A stretch of 64,000 bases of DNA from Camelus dromedarius (taxonomy: Eukaryota). The stretch is taken from positions 20,586,001 through 20,650,000 of the forward strand of contig NC_087437.1 in assembly GCF_036321535.1 (NCBI RefSeq). Reading direction: 5' to 3'. The notes under the pieces were generated by a model. It saw only the letters and a program-made list of their open reading frames with translations. It was not told the DNA's origin and made no database searches. Shown here piece after piece: positions 1-12,900 of this stretch. Position numbers and translations under genes: made by a program. The stretch's first letter is position 1; every line of letters starts with the position of its first letter.

Positions 1-679
1 GGGATGTCCTAGGTTCTTAAGTGTTATGATGATTATTTCTCTTAGAAAAACCTGGAAAGGTTGCCTGGAAAAAATAGTATTTTAACCAGGCTTTAAAACA
101 AGGATGGAAATTTGATGGGCTGATGTAAGGAGGGGCTTTCCTCGTTGAAGCAAAGATCAAAATTTTCTAATAGCCCATTGGGAGAAGTAACCCATTTTCT
201 TTTATAATTCCAGGAAATTGACTCAAAAAGTAACTGTCTTGACATTTTGAAATTAATGGAAGACCCAAAATTCTAAACCTAGTCAAATTCAAAGGAGCTC
301 ATCACATTCAGCCCAACAAAATTTAGTTTGTTTTCTGTGACCCAGGTCCCTACTCCTTAAAGCACCTCATAATTTCTCTTTGAGTCTTTCATTGTCAAGG
401 ATAAATAGCCCATTTTCAGCCACTACTGAATCTTAGCTTTCACGATTATCTAATAAGACTGATCAAAATTGTATGAACTAGGTATTTTAGTGGCCCAGGT
501 CATTTGACCTCTATCTTCCTAAACTATATACTGATTTTTAGTTTTGTTTTTTTGTCTCTACACCCCTGGTAAGTATGGTAGAGCAACTGGACAAAAATAT
601 GAATAAATATGAACAATTGCTTCACCATACACAAAAGATGAATGATAGGCCTAAAGGTAAAAAAATGAAAATGTGTTGG

Positions 680-1075
680 CAAATGTTCTTAGCAGCTTTA
701 TTTCTAAAGGTTGTCATCAAGAGAAGGTCAATTTATATTCAAACAGTAAAATACTGCATTGTAAAAACAAAAGTGAATTATTGATACATGCAATAGTATG
801 GATGAGTATATGTTAGGTGAGAGAAGCCTGGCTCAGAATAGTATATACTGTAATCCAGTTATGTGAGGATCAAGAACAGGCGAAACTAGTCCACATGATG
901 GAAGTCAAATTACTGTTTACGTGGAGGTATGGATGGGGAGTTGACTAACAAGGGGGGCCTAGTGGGACTTTCTAGGGTGATGGAAATGTCTTATAAACTG
1001 ATCTGGGTAGTGGTTAAATAGGTGTGTACACAATATGAAAATCATTGCTATACATTTAATATTTGTTCACTTTAA
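680..1075 (+). mobile_element. Ancient L1 (L1MC/L1ME-like) 3' end fragment
   Basis: Degenerate L1 3' motifs: atgttcttagcagctttattt, gatacatgcaatagtatggatg, tagggtgatggaaatgtc...ctgatctgggtagtggtta. Confidence 0.6.
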
Positions 1076-1099
1076 ACATATATTTAAAAATCTAATAAT

Positions 1100-2170
1100 A
1101 CAGAATGAAAATAGTTCAGGAAAAGAACAAATCTTGAGTGAAAGCTATAGAATGAAACCCATGAAGACTGGTGATACTGGAATTACCAAAGTAGAGTTCA
1201 AAAAATAATCATGCTTAATATGTCTCAAGAAACAAAATAGAGGTTTTTAAAACAAATATATGATTTTGATATCATGAGTAAACTGGACCTCTGAGCAACT
1301 CGCCTCTTCCATGACGGCTAATTTCAGAACATACTTTTTAAGACATTGCTGGCAAAAAACAAAAGGGTTCCCCAAGGACTTTTTCTCCTTCCCTACCCCA
1401 CCCCAAGCCCAAAGCTAAACAATTAGAACTAAATCTAGATTAATCAGAGTAGGGGCTGGTGCTGTGGCTTACATGACCAGGAGCAATTATATCTGGGGGA
1501 TGGGGCTGAAGAGGAGGGGAGTCAGAGCAGGATGAGGTGCTTCCAGGATAGGGGTACTCCCTGGATACCAGTAGAAGCAGAATCAAATTGTTGGAGGAAA
1601 ACTTTCCAAGTTAGGCCTACAGAACTCCCGCAGCATTACTTGATGACCACCCAGCACATAAGACCAGCCACTACAAATAGTAACAGACATGGAAACAACA
1701 GATTTACACCATCAAGGACTTAATATGTTCCAGTTGTCAAGAGATAAAATGCAGAGTAGCTGGAATTACAAAAATGAACATACAATAAGAAACATAAATA
1801 AACAGACTTTAAAAGTTAGTGGTAAAAATGAAAAATATAGGGACCGGCCAACTCAATGGGTAAGTCAAAAATGGACTAGACATAACTGAAATGATTTAAA
1901 CTTGAAGATATATCTAAGTAACTGACCTAGAAGACAGCAAAGAGAGATAAAAGGACTGTATGAAAGAGATGTTAGATATGGAGGATGGAATGAGAATATC
2001 TAATACTTCATTAAATTAAATTAATTAAAAGAATGAAGAAGAAGGTAGTATTTTGAAAGGAAAAATTCTCAGAGTTGATAAACATGAATCCATACCTCCC
2101 TGAATCACAGTGCATCCTACGTAAGATTGAATCAAGTCTATACACCTAGTGAACCTGAAGAACATCAAAG
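1100..2170 (+). mobile_element. Degenerate L1/HAL1-like 5' and ORF1-region fragments
   Basis: A-rich + strand with ORF1-region-like phrases (aacttgaagatatatc...agagagataaaag...atggaggatggaatgagaatatctaata); no intact ORF. Confidence 0.4.
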
Positions 2171-2174
2171 CAAG

Positions 2175-4954
2175 ATGGCACTCTTGATTTCTGCTACCTG
2201 CATGATGGGCTAAGTTATAGAGCCAGTGCTTCCAGGTAGTGCAGTTAAAATACTAGACAGAATATTTCAAAAATTTTAACTTCCAAGAGTTAACATAAAA
2301 ATGAGGAATGAGCAGGCCAAATCCAAGACATGGTAAGAACCTAGAAAGTCTTCTAAGAGCCACTTAGATGTGTCTGCTTATCTCACTATAATCCTGAAAG
2401 TCTTTCAGGACAAGGGAGACAGAAGCAGATGGCCAGGCCTTACCTAGGCTGAGGAGTCTAGTAGACCCTTCCCACTAAATTGGGGCCCCAGAAGTAAATT
2501 TGGATTCTTTCTTGTGCTCCCATGGGACTAGGCAAAGTTTCCTCAGTGCTGAGCAGAACTGAGAAGGGAAAATGAAGGAGGAAAAGAGCTCATCCCTGAG
2601 ACTGTAGATCAAGTACTGACCTTTGAGCAGAATTAAAGCCCAAATCTGCATTGCTAGGTGGGGAGAGGGGCCCTCGGGTCATAAATTAAAGTGGTTCCAG
2701 AAATATAAATCCCAAGTATATGTGGAAGTAGATCCCACTCATTTCTGGAAAAAGCAGTCATCTTCCCAGGTCATGGTGAAACCACATCAATAATTTTTTC
2801 AAGGACTGTGAGCAGCGCACAGTGACTAATAAGCACACAAGGAGAATGCACCACTGGCCACAGCCCTCCAGATAGAAGCAAACACAGCCCATTCTCCCAA
2901 AAAGAAAGCAGATTTTGAATCACCAAATATAGATTGTAAAATGTAAATTAGTACAGTTTTTAAATTTTAAGACATACTTGAAAATAACTAGAATGGGACA
3001 CTTAAAAATGGGAGAGCAGATTTGAAAACCAAATATAACTTTTAGAAATGAAAAATAAAATTTAAAGCGCAGCTGGACAAAGCCAAAAGGAATTGTTTAG
3101 CCGAAAGATAGAGCAGAAGAAATGCAGAATGCAGCAAGGAGAAAAAAATACAGAAGAGAGAGTAGGCTGCAGGGAGGGCACTCAGGAAGATTAATACAGT
3201 TTTGACTGATCGTCCTGAAAAGCAGAGAGAAAATGGGTCAGAGATCATCTGAAGCTACAAAGGCTGAGAATTTTCTAAAACTGATGACGAACAGTAAGTA
3301 CTCCATGGATTCAAAATCCCAGATAATCCCGAACAAAATAAATAAAAATGAGCCCGTATCTAGACAGAGTCATAAAACTAGATAATCAAAGGCAAAGAGG
3401 AATTTTTGAGATAAAAGCATCTGAAATTTTTCCTCTGACACAACCTTCAAAGCAATGACAAAGCCTGACAACTAACTCATAACAGACGACAGCGGAACAA
3501 TTTCTTCCAGGGTATTGGTCAACCAGAATTTTACACCCGGTAAAAATCTTTCAGGAATGAAGATAGAAAAAAGGAATTTCAGAAAAATTAAAACTGGGAG
3601 TTTGCTCTAAGCAGAAGCTCACCGAAGGAAATCCTGAAAGATTTAGGCAGAAGGAATGTAAGACCAGATGGAAAGCCTAAAAGGCAAGGAAAAAACGGTA
3701 AACAAAAAAGCAGTAAGTTAGGCAGACAAATGCAAAAGGTGCTTAACCATATAAAAGAGGTAACAATGGGATTTTTTTCAATGTCAGAAAAATAGAAGCA
3801 GATTACAATTTTATAAAAGTGGGGAAGGAGAGAAATGGAGTTAAAACGTTCTATGAACTTTGTTTTATCCAGGAGGAAGGCAATTTTGCTTCAATTAAAA
3901 TTTTAAATATGCATTGTAAAATGTAGAATAACCAATAAAAGAACAGAAGTCATACCATTTCCATACTAGTAGAAGAGGAAAACATGAAATTATTCTTGAA
4001 ACTATATTTTTCAAGGTTAAAAAGAAGGCCAGAAAGGAGAGCCAAAAGCATGAAATAATACAGTTTTAAATCCAAGTATATCAGTAGTTGCATTCAGTGG
4101 AAAAGGGCCAAATGCTCCAGCTGAAAGATTTTCGGGCTGGATTTAAAAACAACAAGAACAATGACAACAAAGAGCTTTGTGAGAGACATAGCTAAACCAT
4201 AAGGGCATGTAAGATTGAAAGTGAAAGGATGAAAAAGGATAAGATAAAAATACTACCCAAAGGAAAATAAGTGTAACCATATTACTACCAGAGAAAACAG
4301 GCTTTCAGGCAAGAACGCATGACTAGAATTCAAGAAAGTTGGTTACTGCATATAAAAGGTTTGTTTCACCAAAGATACAACGATTTAAATTTTTCATGCA
4401 TCTAATAAAATTTCCTCACTTTTTAGAGCCAAAATGGAAAGAACCACAAGAAGAAACACAAACCCAAAGCAATAGTGGGAGTTTTGGACAAACTTCACTC
4501 AGAAATTGATAGAATAAGTAAGTAAAAATAGTAAGCATATAGATTTCAACAAGATAATTAACAACCTTGACCCAATGGGAATGCATAAAACACTGCAGAA
4601 TACACATGCTTTTTCAAACATACAAGGATACTGATAAAAATGGACCCAGGCAATCTCATCAAATTTCACATTATTGAAGTCATACGGAGGACTTTTTCTG
4701 ACCACAAAGCAATTAAACTGGAAATCAACTAGAAGATAAAGAACTTCATGAGTTTGGAAATTGAGGCACATGCTTCTAAAAAACCCACAAGACCACTCAA
4801 TCAAATAGACAAAATATTTTGAAATGAATGATAATAAAAAGTCTAAATGGAAAAAATGAATGAGTGCAACTTAAGCAGTCCTTAGAGAAAATTTAAAAAT
4901 TTAAGTCCATATATTAGAAAAGGAAAATGACTAAAAATTAATGAGGTAAGCATT
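2175..4954 (+). mobile_element. Old L1M element: 5' UTR, ORF1 relic and ORF2 endonuclease relic
   Basis: A-rich strand; EN-region motifs such as cagaatacacatgctttttcaaacatacaagga and tttttctgaccacaaagcaattaaactggaaatca (SDH-like); many stops and frameshifts. Confidence 0.7.
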
Positions 4955-5160
4955 TGTGTCAGTTAGGGTTGGCTAGGGCACAATTGTTTAGAAACTCAAA
5001 TGCATAATGGCTCAACCTAATAGGCATTTATTGTTTGCTCATTTAATGATCTTGGACTGAGGAACAGGTTGGTTCTGCTCTAAAAGCCCTTTAGGGACTC
5101 AGCTGAGGCTTTGCTATTCTCAAAAGTCACCTTCCAAGGTCACACTGGGACGTGGTTCTC
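4955..5160. mobile_element. Possible MaLR (MLT1-like) LTR fragment
   Basis: Starts tgtgtcagttagggttggctagg...aactcaaatgcataatggctcaac...tttatt, resembling MLT1 termini; interrupts the L1. Confidence 0.4.
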
Positions 5161-5324
5161 ATACTTCAGCATGTATCCTAATTGTACGGAGGGTTTGGTT
5201 TGGTTTTGTTCTGGTGTTGTCATTGTTTAAAGTAAAAAGTAAATGTAACTTATTTAGGCAAAATTCCATCATTTGGGGATGTAATTCAGAGAACAGAACT
5301 TTCCCCATACTATTACCAAAATAT

Positions 5325-6712
5325 TTTATTCTCCTCTACAGCCTTATTGAGATACACCTGACATATAACATTGTGTGAGTTTAAGGTGTACAATGTGATG
5401 ACTTGATAGTACACTTCTGTATTGCAAAATGCTACCACAGTCAGGTTAGTTGACACCTCCATCCCCTCACATAATTACTGTTTGTGTGTGGGGGGTAAGA
5501 ACATTTAAAATCTACTCTCTCAGCAACTTTCAAGTAAATGATACAGTATTGTAAACATAGTCGCCATGCTGTACTTTAGATCCCCAGAACTTACTCATCT
5601 TATAACTGGAAGTTTGTACCCTTTGACTAAGATCTCCCCAATTCCCCTCAACCCAAGCCACTGGCAACTAAATGAGCTCAGCTCTTTTAGATTCCCATGA
5701 GATTAGACAGTATTTGTCTTCCTCTGTCTAACTTATTTCACTTAGCATGATGTCACAAAAGGCAAGACTTCTTTCTTTTCTATGGCTGAGTGTATACATA
5801 CATACAAATATGTACACCACACTTCTTTATCCATTCCTCGGTTGGTGGACACTTAGGTTGTTTCCATGTCGTTGTTATTGTGAATAAGGCTGCAGTGAAC
5901 ACAGTGATGTGGATCTCTCTTTGAGGTAGAGATTTCATTTCTTTTGAATATATACCATGAAATAGGATTGTAGGCTCATATGGTACTTCTATTTTTAGTT
6001 TATTGAGACGTCTTCATACTGTCATCCATAGTGGCTGCACCAATTTACATTCCTACCCACAATGCACAAGGGTTCCTTTTCTCCACATTCTTGACTTATC
6101 TCTTACCTTTTTTGATAATAGCCATTTTAATAGGTGTGAAGTGATATCTCATTATGGTTTTGATTTGCATGTCCCTGATGATTATCGATTTGAGCATCTT
6201 TTCATATACGTGTTGGCCATTTGTATGTCTGCTCTGGAAAAATTGAGTTCCTCTGCTCATTTTTAATCAGATTATTTTTTATTATTGAGTTGTATGAATT
6301 CCTTACATACTTTGGTTATTAACCCCTTATCAGATTGTTGGTTTGCAAATATTTTCTCCCATTCCATACGTTGCCGTTCCATTTTGCTGATTGTTTCTTT
6401 TGCTGTGCAGAAAAAAATTTAGTATAGTGTAGTCCCACTTACCAATTTTTACTTTTGGTATCATATCCAAAAAATCATTGCCAAGACCAATGTCAAGGAG
6501 CTTTTCCCCTATTTTCTTCTAGGAGTTTTACAGTTTCAGGTCATACGTTGAAGTCTTTAACCAATTTTAACTTAATTTTTGTGAATGGTGTAATAAGGGT
6601 TTCAGTTTTTTGCATGTGAATATCCAGTTTTCCCACCACAATTTATTGAAGAGACAATCTTTTCCATATTGAGTGTTTTTGGCTCCCTTGTCAAGTATTA
6701 GTTGACTATATA
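5325..6712 (-). mobile_element. L1MA9-like 3' end and distal ORF2, 5'-truncated
   Basis: ttattgagata...ataacattgtgtgagtttaaggtgtacaatgtgatg; ccatagtggctgcaccaatttacattcc; minus-strand translation LYSQLILDKGAKNTQYGKDCLFNKLWWENWI resembles L1 ORF2p. Confidence 0.9.
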
Positions 6713-6717
6713 AGCTC

Positions 6718-6857
6718 AAGGCCAGTATCCTGTTTTTCTCCATCCTGAATCCTCTCAAGGTGTACCATGGAGTGGGGCAGCTACAGTGGCTGATAGCATT
6801 ATGGCCTTCCCTATACACTTGGTTTCCTGAAATGGCAGGCAACATGCTTTGTCCACT
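6718..6857 (-). mobile_element. Truncated ERV1 LTR 5' end, MER41-like (cetartiodactyl type)
   Basis: Minus strand reads GTGGACAAAGCATGTTGCCTGCCATTTCAG...CAGCCACTGTAGCTGCCCC...GGATTCAGGATGGAGAAAAACAGGATACTGGCC, recalled as the start of cetartiodactyl MER41-type LTRs. Confidence 0.55.
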
Positions 6858-6859
6858 GT

Positions 6860-9185
6860 AGCTTATGACCAAATAGGGTTAATCCCAACAACACAAGTTA
6901 GTTTAACATTAAATCACATATTACTGCAAAAAAACATGCCCAAGAATGTTCATATTAGCGGATTAGTGAAGAAAAACCGTATGATCATCACAGATATAGA
7001 AAAAGCATCCAGTGTAATTATATATTCATTCCTGATAAAACTCTTCACAAACTAGGAATAGAAGGGGAGTTCTTTAACATGATAAGAAATATCTTCACTA
7101 AACCTATACTTAGAAGTGAAGTGTAGTCCCTTTGAAATCAAGAACAAGTCAAGAATGCCTGACATTACCACTTTTAATTTGACATTATGCTTAAGATCCT
7201 AGCCAGAAACAATTAGAAAGGAAGAGACTAAGCTACTATGATTATCCACATGGAAAATCAAAAGAATGTATAGGTAAGTTATTAGAGTTAACATTTGTTT
7301 AACAGTGTTGCTAGATATATAGAAATCATTGTGCTTTTTGCAGCAACAAATAAAATATAAAGTTTAAATAATACCATTTACAATAGCAACATTGAAAAAT
7401 AACATTATGCATTTGAGTTTCTAAACAATTGTGCCCTAGCCAACCCTAACTGACACAAATGCTTACCTCATTAATTTTTAGTTGTTTTCCTTTTCTAATA
7501 TATGGACTTAAATTTTTAAATTTTCTCTAAGGACTGCTTAGCTGCACTCACTCATTCTGACTTGAAGCTCAGAAAATATGGAGAAAATGATACAACTCTT
7601 TTGGAAAACTATTAAAGAAGTCCCAAATAATTACAAAAATACAACATGTTACGAGTAGGAAAACTTAGTATTAGAACAGTAGCAGTTGTCTCCAATAGGC
7701 CTATGGATTCCATACACTTTAATATCAACAGCATTCTTCTTAGAATCTAATTAAAGTAATCACAAAATGTACATGGTAAAACAAAGGACCAGAATAACCT
7801 GGTTGCTTCTAAAGAAAGATAAGATGACATTGTTATTATAAAGTTAGAGTAATTAAGACTTATGGTATTGGCACAGGGATATCCAAGCAGAACAATGGAG
7901 CCGAAGACAGAGTCCAGAAACAGACACACACCTAGACAGACTTGACTGTGTCTGAGCCAGCATCACAAATCATTGAGATCTGAATGGACCATTCTACATG
8001 GTGCTGGTTCAAGGTTATCCATATGAAAATTACAAAACTGGCTATTCATACCCAGTTGGTGGATACCTTACACCATACTAATATACTAAAAGAATCCATT
8101 TCAGATGGATTAGACTTAAATGTGAGAGGCCAAACATATACAACTTTAAGAAGGAAATAAAAGAGAAAGTCTTTATAAACTAGTAGGGGAAAAGGTCAAG
8201 CAGGACACAAAAGGTGCACGTTGTACAGGAAATGATTGATAAATTAGATCCCACTAAACTTGATAATTTCTTTTCCTTGAAATACTTCATAAAGAATGAA
8301 AAGATAATTAACTCACAAACTAGAAGAATATATTCACAACACATATAACTGACAAGGTATAGTATCAGAATATATAAAGAACTGTGAATCAATCAGTTAA
8401 AGACAACCCAATAAAAACCTGGACAAAAATCATAAATAATAAGCATTGCACTGGAGAATAAAACCTGATACGCAATAAGCATGTGAAATAATGTTCACCT
8501 TAGTAGTTATCAGGAAACTGCAGATTAAAATCATGAAATGTCATTTTATAACGATCAAAAAGGCAAAAATGAATAAATCAGACAATCTCAAGTGGATGTA
8601 GAACAAAGGAATTCTTACGCACACCAGTTGAGGGTGTAGCGTGGTATCATCACTTTGGAAAATATTTTGCATTATAAAGTTAAAGATACTTTAAGCTGGC
8701 ACTTCCACCCCTAGGTGTATACCCCAGAGAAACCCTGGCTCAAATGTTCTAGGAGTCATGCCCAAGAATGTTCACAGCAGCCTGGTTGCAATAGCAAAAC
8801 ACTGAAAACATTCTAAGTGTCCAAGGACAAAAGAGTGGAGAAATTCACATCAGTGAAAATGAATGAACCACATGATCAACATGGCTCAGTCTCAAGAACT
8901 TAATTTTGAGTAAGAAACACAAATCATAGAAGCATACATATAGCATTATTCTGCTTCTATAAAGTTCAAAAACCTGCAAAACTCAACAAAATGTGTTTAG
9001 GCAAACATATACATGTATGTTTAAGTGATCCTAAAAAGCAAGGCAATGATAAACAAAAATTCTGGATGGTGGTTACCTCTGGCAGGAGAAAGGAGAGGCA
9101 AGTGGGATGGGAAAAGTCACATAGGAGGCGTTGAAGGAACCGATGCTCTATTTCTCTAAGCCACTGGTGGGTCTGATGATTTAAA
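6860..9185 (+). mobile_element. Old L1M ORF2 RT region through 3' UTR (probable continuation of 2175-4954)
   Basis: YDQIGLIP...KNRMIITDIEKA is a degenerate form of L1 HDQVGFIP...KNHMIISIDAEKA; 3' motifs ccaagaatgttcacagcagc, tggtggttacctctgg. Confidence 0.8.
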
Positions 9186-9194
9186 AATTTTTTC

Positions 9195-9472
9195 TTCTAA
9201 TCTATCACTGCATAACAAATTACCCCCAAAGTGAATAATTTAAAGCAACAAATACTTACTATCTCACCATTTCTCAGGGGCTGCAGTGTCAGCTGGGGTT
9301 GCCAGTCTTTATAAACTAATCTTGGGAGTGACAGCCCACAATTTTTGCCATATTCTTCTCAGTGGAAGCAAGTCACAGGCCTAGTCCACCCTCCAGGGGA
9401 GGGAACTGCACAAGAGTATGAACACCAGGAGGGAGGAATCACCCACAGCCACTTCCAAAGGTGCCTACCACA
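9195..9472. mobile_element. MLT1F/G-like MaLR LTR, internally deleted
   Basis: tctatcactgcataacaaattacccccaaa ... gaagcaagtcac...ggggaggga...tgcctaccaca. Confidence 0.65.
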
Positions 9473-10309
9473 CATATTTGGGTGTGTGTGTTCACTTAGT
9501 AAATATTCCATAATAAAAATCCCTATGGTGCCTCCCCAGGAATTTCAGGATCAAAGCAGTTTCCTTACTGCAGAAATCCCATGCAAAGCTACCCTTTTGC
9601 GTGGCCTAGCCTTGTCTGCCCTCCAACATCTGCTGTCCCCCCATCAGACCGATTGACTTGATTTTCTCAAACAGGCCATGTGCTGTCAAGCCTCCAAGCA
9701 CTTCCCCCGCACTGTTCTTCCACATAGGACGTCTTCTCCTCACTGATCTTCTCCACCCAGTTACTAACTCGCATCACCTCCCTGCAAAGCTATCTCTGTC
9801 CCACTCCTCGCCTCCCTGCCCTCAGGCCCAGGTTGGGTCCTGCTGATCTCACAGCACCTTGGCATTGGCTGCACTTGACTCCAGGTTCTCAGAAGGCAGA
9901 GCCCTCCTCCCTGTGTTGCCTTTCAGGACCTAGCCCAGAGCCCGGCACATGAGCCACCCCAGGTGAAACAGTGCAGAGGGAGTGAAGGGATGCTGATGGA
10001 CAGACAGTTACAGCAAGGGGGAAGCAGAGGCTGTGAAGAGCCTTGGGACAGTTCAGGCGGGCCTTTGAAGCTAAACACAGTAAGTGCTCAGAGCTTCCGA
10101 ATTCAGATCAGAGACTGTGAATTTGGGTTGCTTGAAATATCCAGCACTATTGTAAGGTTTTGTTTTCTTTTTAATTGAATTTTTTCTTTGGAAAAAATTT
10201 TAAACCCACAAAAATTTGCAAGAATTTTACTGTTAACTCCCATACACTCTTCATTTATGGTTAACTTGTTAACATCTTAATACATTTGCTTTCTCTCTTT
10301 TTCTTTCTC

Positions 10310-10352
<43 letters not shown>
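10310..10352. repeat. Compound microsatellite (TG)9(AG)12
   Basis: Read directly. Confidence 0.95.
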
Positions 10353-10843
10353 ATAATGGCCTCCAATGATATCTACATCCTAATCCCTCAAGTTTATGAA
10401 TATAGTATGTTACATGGCAAGGGGGAATTAATGATGCAGAAAAAATTAAGGCTGCAACTCAGCGGACTTAAAGAGATTAGCCTGGATTACCCCGGTGGGT
10501 CCAAGGTAATCACAAGAGTCCTTATAAATTGGGGAAAAGGGAGGCAGAAGAGTCAGAACCAGAGATGGCATTGTGACAAAGACTCCACTGGCCGTTATGT
10601 ACTTTGAAAATGGAAGGACAACATGAACCAAAGAATGCGGGCAACCCCTAGGAGCTGGAAAAGGCAAGAAAACACATTCTCCCCTGGATCCTCCAGAAAG
10701 GAACTTAGTCCTTACTGGATTTTAGCCCAGTAAGACCCATGTCAGCCTTCTGACTTCCAGAACTGTAAGATAAAAAGCTTGTGTTATTTAAAGCCGCTAA
10801 ATTCGTGGTATTTTGTTAAAGCAACAATGTGAAATGAATATAA
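10351..10843 (+). mobile_element. MLT1D-like MaLR LTR
   Basis: gaataatggcctcc...atgttacatggcaag...gcctggattacc...gagctggaaaaggcaagaaaac...ttctgacttccagaactgtaagata...ttttgttaaagcaacaat. Confidence 0.85.
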
Positions 10844-11496
10844 TGTGCATATTATATACACATTCTCATTTCATGTTTGGTTTTTTTTTTTTTTTTAGTT
10901 TTTTTCAACTAAGAGTAAATTTCAGAGATCAAGGACATTCTCTTGTATAACAATAGTGCGACAATCAAATTCAGGAAGAGCAGCTTTTACACAATACTAT
11001 TATTTAATGTACAGTGCATATGCAAACATGGTTGCTTGTCCCAGTAATGCCCTTTAGAGCAAAAAGATCTGGTTTAGAATCACATGTTGTTGCATTCAGT
11101 TTTCATGTCTCTTTAGTCTCCCTCACTCTGGAGCATGTCTCAGCTTTTCACTCTCAAGACACTAATGTTTTTCACAGACCAATTCTTTGGCAAAATGACC
11201 CATAATTTGAGTTTGTCTTATTTTATCCTTATGATTAGATTGAGGTTATTATGCACTTTGGGAAGGAAGACCATAGAAGTAGTATGTTGCAAGGCATTTA
11301 AACAGCTGATAATTCCACCCCTGAAACCACTAGAAAATGATTACCAATGCAACCCAATTTATAACTTACGTGAAAAATATCTTAGGAAAAAAAAGAAATC
11401 GGCCCCACCGTTTCTCTCAGTCCAAACGCGTATTTGAAAATGCTTCAGAAATGGAATTAGTTTGACTGACATAAAAATAAGGCGTCTTGCCCTTCA

Positions 11497-11515
11497 GAAG
11501 CTCTAGGGGGCGCCC
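11497..11515 (+). promoter_or_regulatory. CTCF-like motif
   Basis: GCTCTAGGGGGCGC, 12/14 match to core CCRSYAGRKGGCRS, in a locally CpG-retaining patch. Confidence 0.5.
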
Positions 11516-12711
11516 GGCAGCTGCTGTGGTGCTCGCAGCACCGTGGGTCTCCTGGGTTCTGCATCGGGTTCTTCCCCTCTGAGCCCAGGAGCTGGCACCC
11601 AGAACCCGCGGAACCTGGAAAGAGCATGCTCCCACAGAGAAGCACCCCCGAAAATTCGTTGCATTAACATTTAAAGAAAATCTGGGAGCTGCCTGAGGGC
11701 CTGGTAAATTACAAACATTAAAACATGGAGAGAAATAAAGAATTATTTTATAGTCTTCTGTGACGAGAGAGGACAAATTAAATGTAATTTGAATAAATAT
11801 ATTTACCATTAGGTATTTGTCCTCTAAGAAAGATACTAATTTGATACTGGTTGTATAGGACCAAATGTGGGCTGCATATTAATAATTCTATGATTTAAAG
11901 CTATAATTTAGCCAGAATGCAATTATGAAGTTGAAAACAGCAGCTGGGTGCTCCCAGATTCTCTACCCCGTAAGGGAATAGTTTGTAAAATATTGACATT
12001 GTATCTTTAAAATAATTTGATTCCGATTCTAATTGCAGTTGTAATAAATGCCCTCTTTTTATCTCCCTCTACCTCCTCTCCTTTTCGGGGATGGGATTTC
12101 ATGCTGACATGAGTGGGCATTAGAGTAAATACTTTGCTATGTCATACAGGAAATCAAGGATTTAAAGTAATATTGTGTTTATTGGTACAATTTCCTCTGT
12201 TCCCAGAGGGTTTCCCTTTAAAGCAGGTGGGATGGGAAGAAGAGCCAATGGCTGCAGTCAGCCTGTCCCGGCGGCTCCCTCGGCCCCATCACCGAGAGTG
12301 TGTTCTCAGTCTGTGGAAGCACAGAACACATTCATCAGTTTTCCTGTTTATTCATTTATTAATATTCAGCAATGTTTACTGAGTTACAGAGAAATCCTGG
12401 CAGAGCTGGAATTTAGACTTTCCTTCCAACAGTTCTTCATTGTTTATAGTGAAAGACCAATATAATTGTACTGGGTTGTAATTGTGAGAGAGAGCTGCTT
12501 TCCAAAGGACTCGGTGGGTAGAATTTGCAGTTACAATTGCACCCCTGGAGTTTCAGATTTGGAGACTGAGACGGAGTACAAGGGCAGAAAGTCCAGCACT
12601 TTGTGCCACACAAAGAATTGTTCCTGCTGGGCAGTGAACACTCTGCCCCCTGTGAGGAGGTGGAGGAAGGCAAGGCTGTGCCAATAGGTAATTATCAAAG
12701 GCTGTGTTAGA

Positions 12712-12900
12712 ATCATGGTGGTTTCCTAGCTCAGACAGATCTGGGTTCAAATCCTGAGCCTAGCACCCGCTCTGGGAACTGAAGCAAGTCGTCTTCTCTT
12801 ATTTTTCCCATCTATATAGTGAGAATTGTGATACCTGCCCCAGTAATGCTTTGAGCATTAAATGTGATTTACACTTGTGAGAAAGCCTGCTACCCAGCGG
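12712..12900 (+). mobile_element. MIR SINE
   Basis: cagacagatctgggttcaaatcct...tttcccatctata...attaaatgtgat. Confidence 0.65.

Larger units (their letters stand above)
10170..11290 (-). mobile_element. L1MC-type 3' end fragment, split by a microsatellite and MLT1D
   Basis: ttttaaacccacaaaaatttgcaagaat...; caaggacattctcttgtataac; atgattagattgaggttat. Confidence 0.55.
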
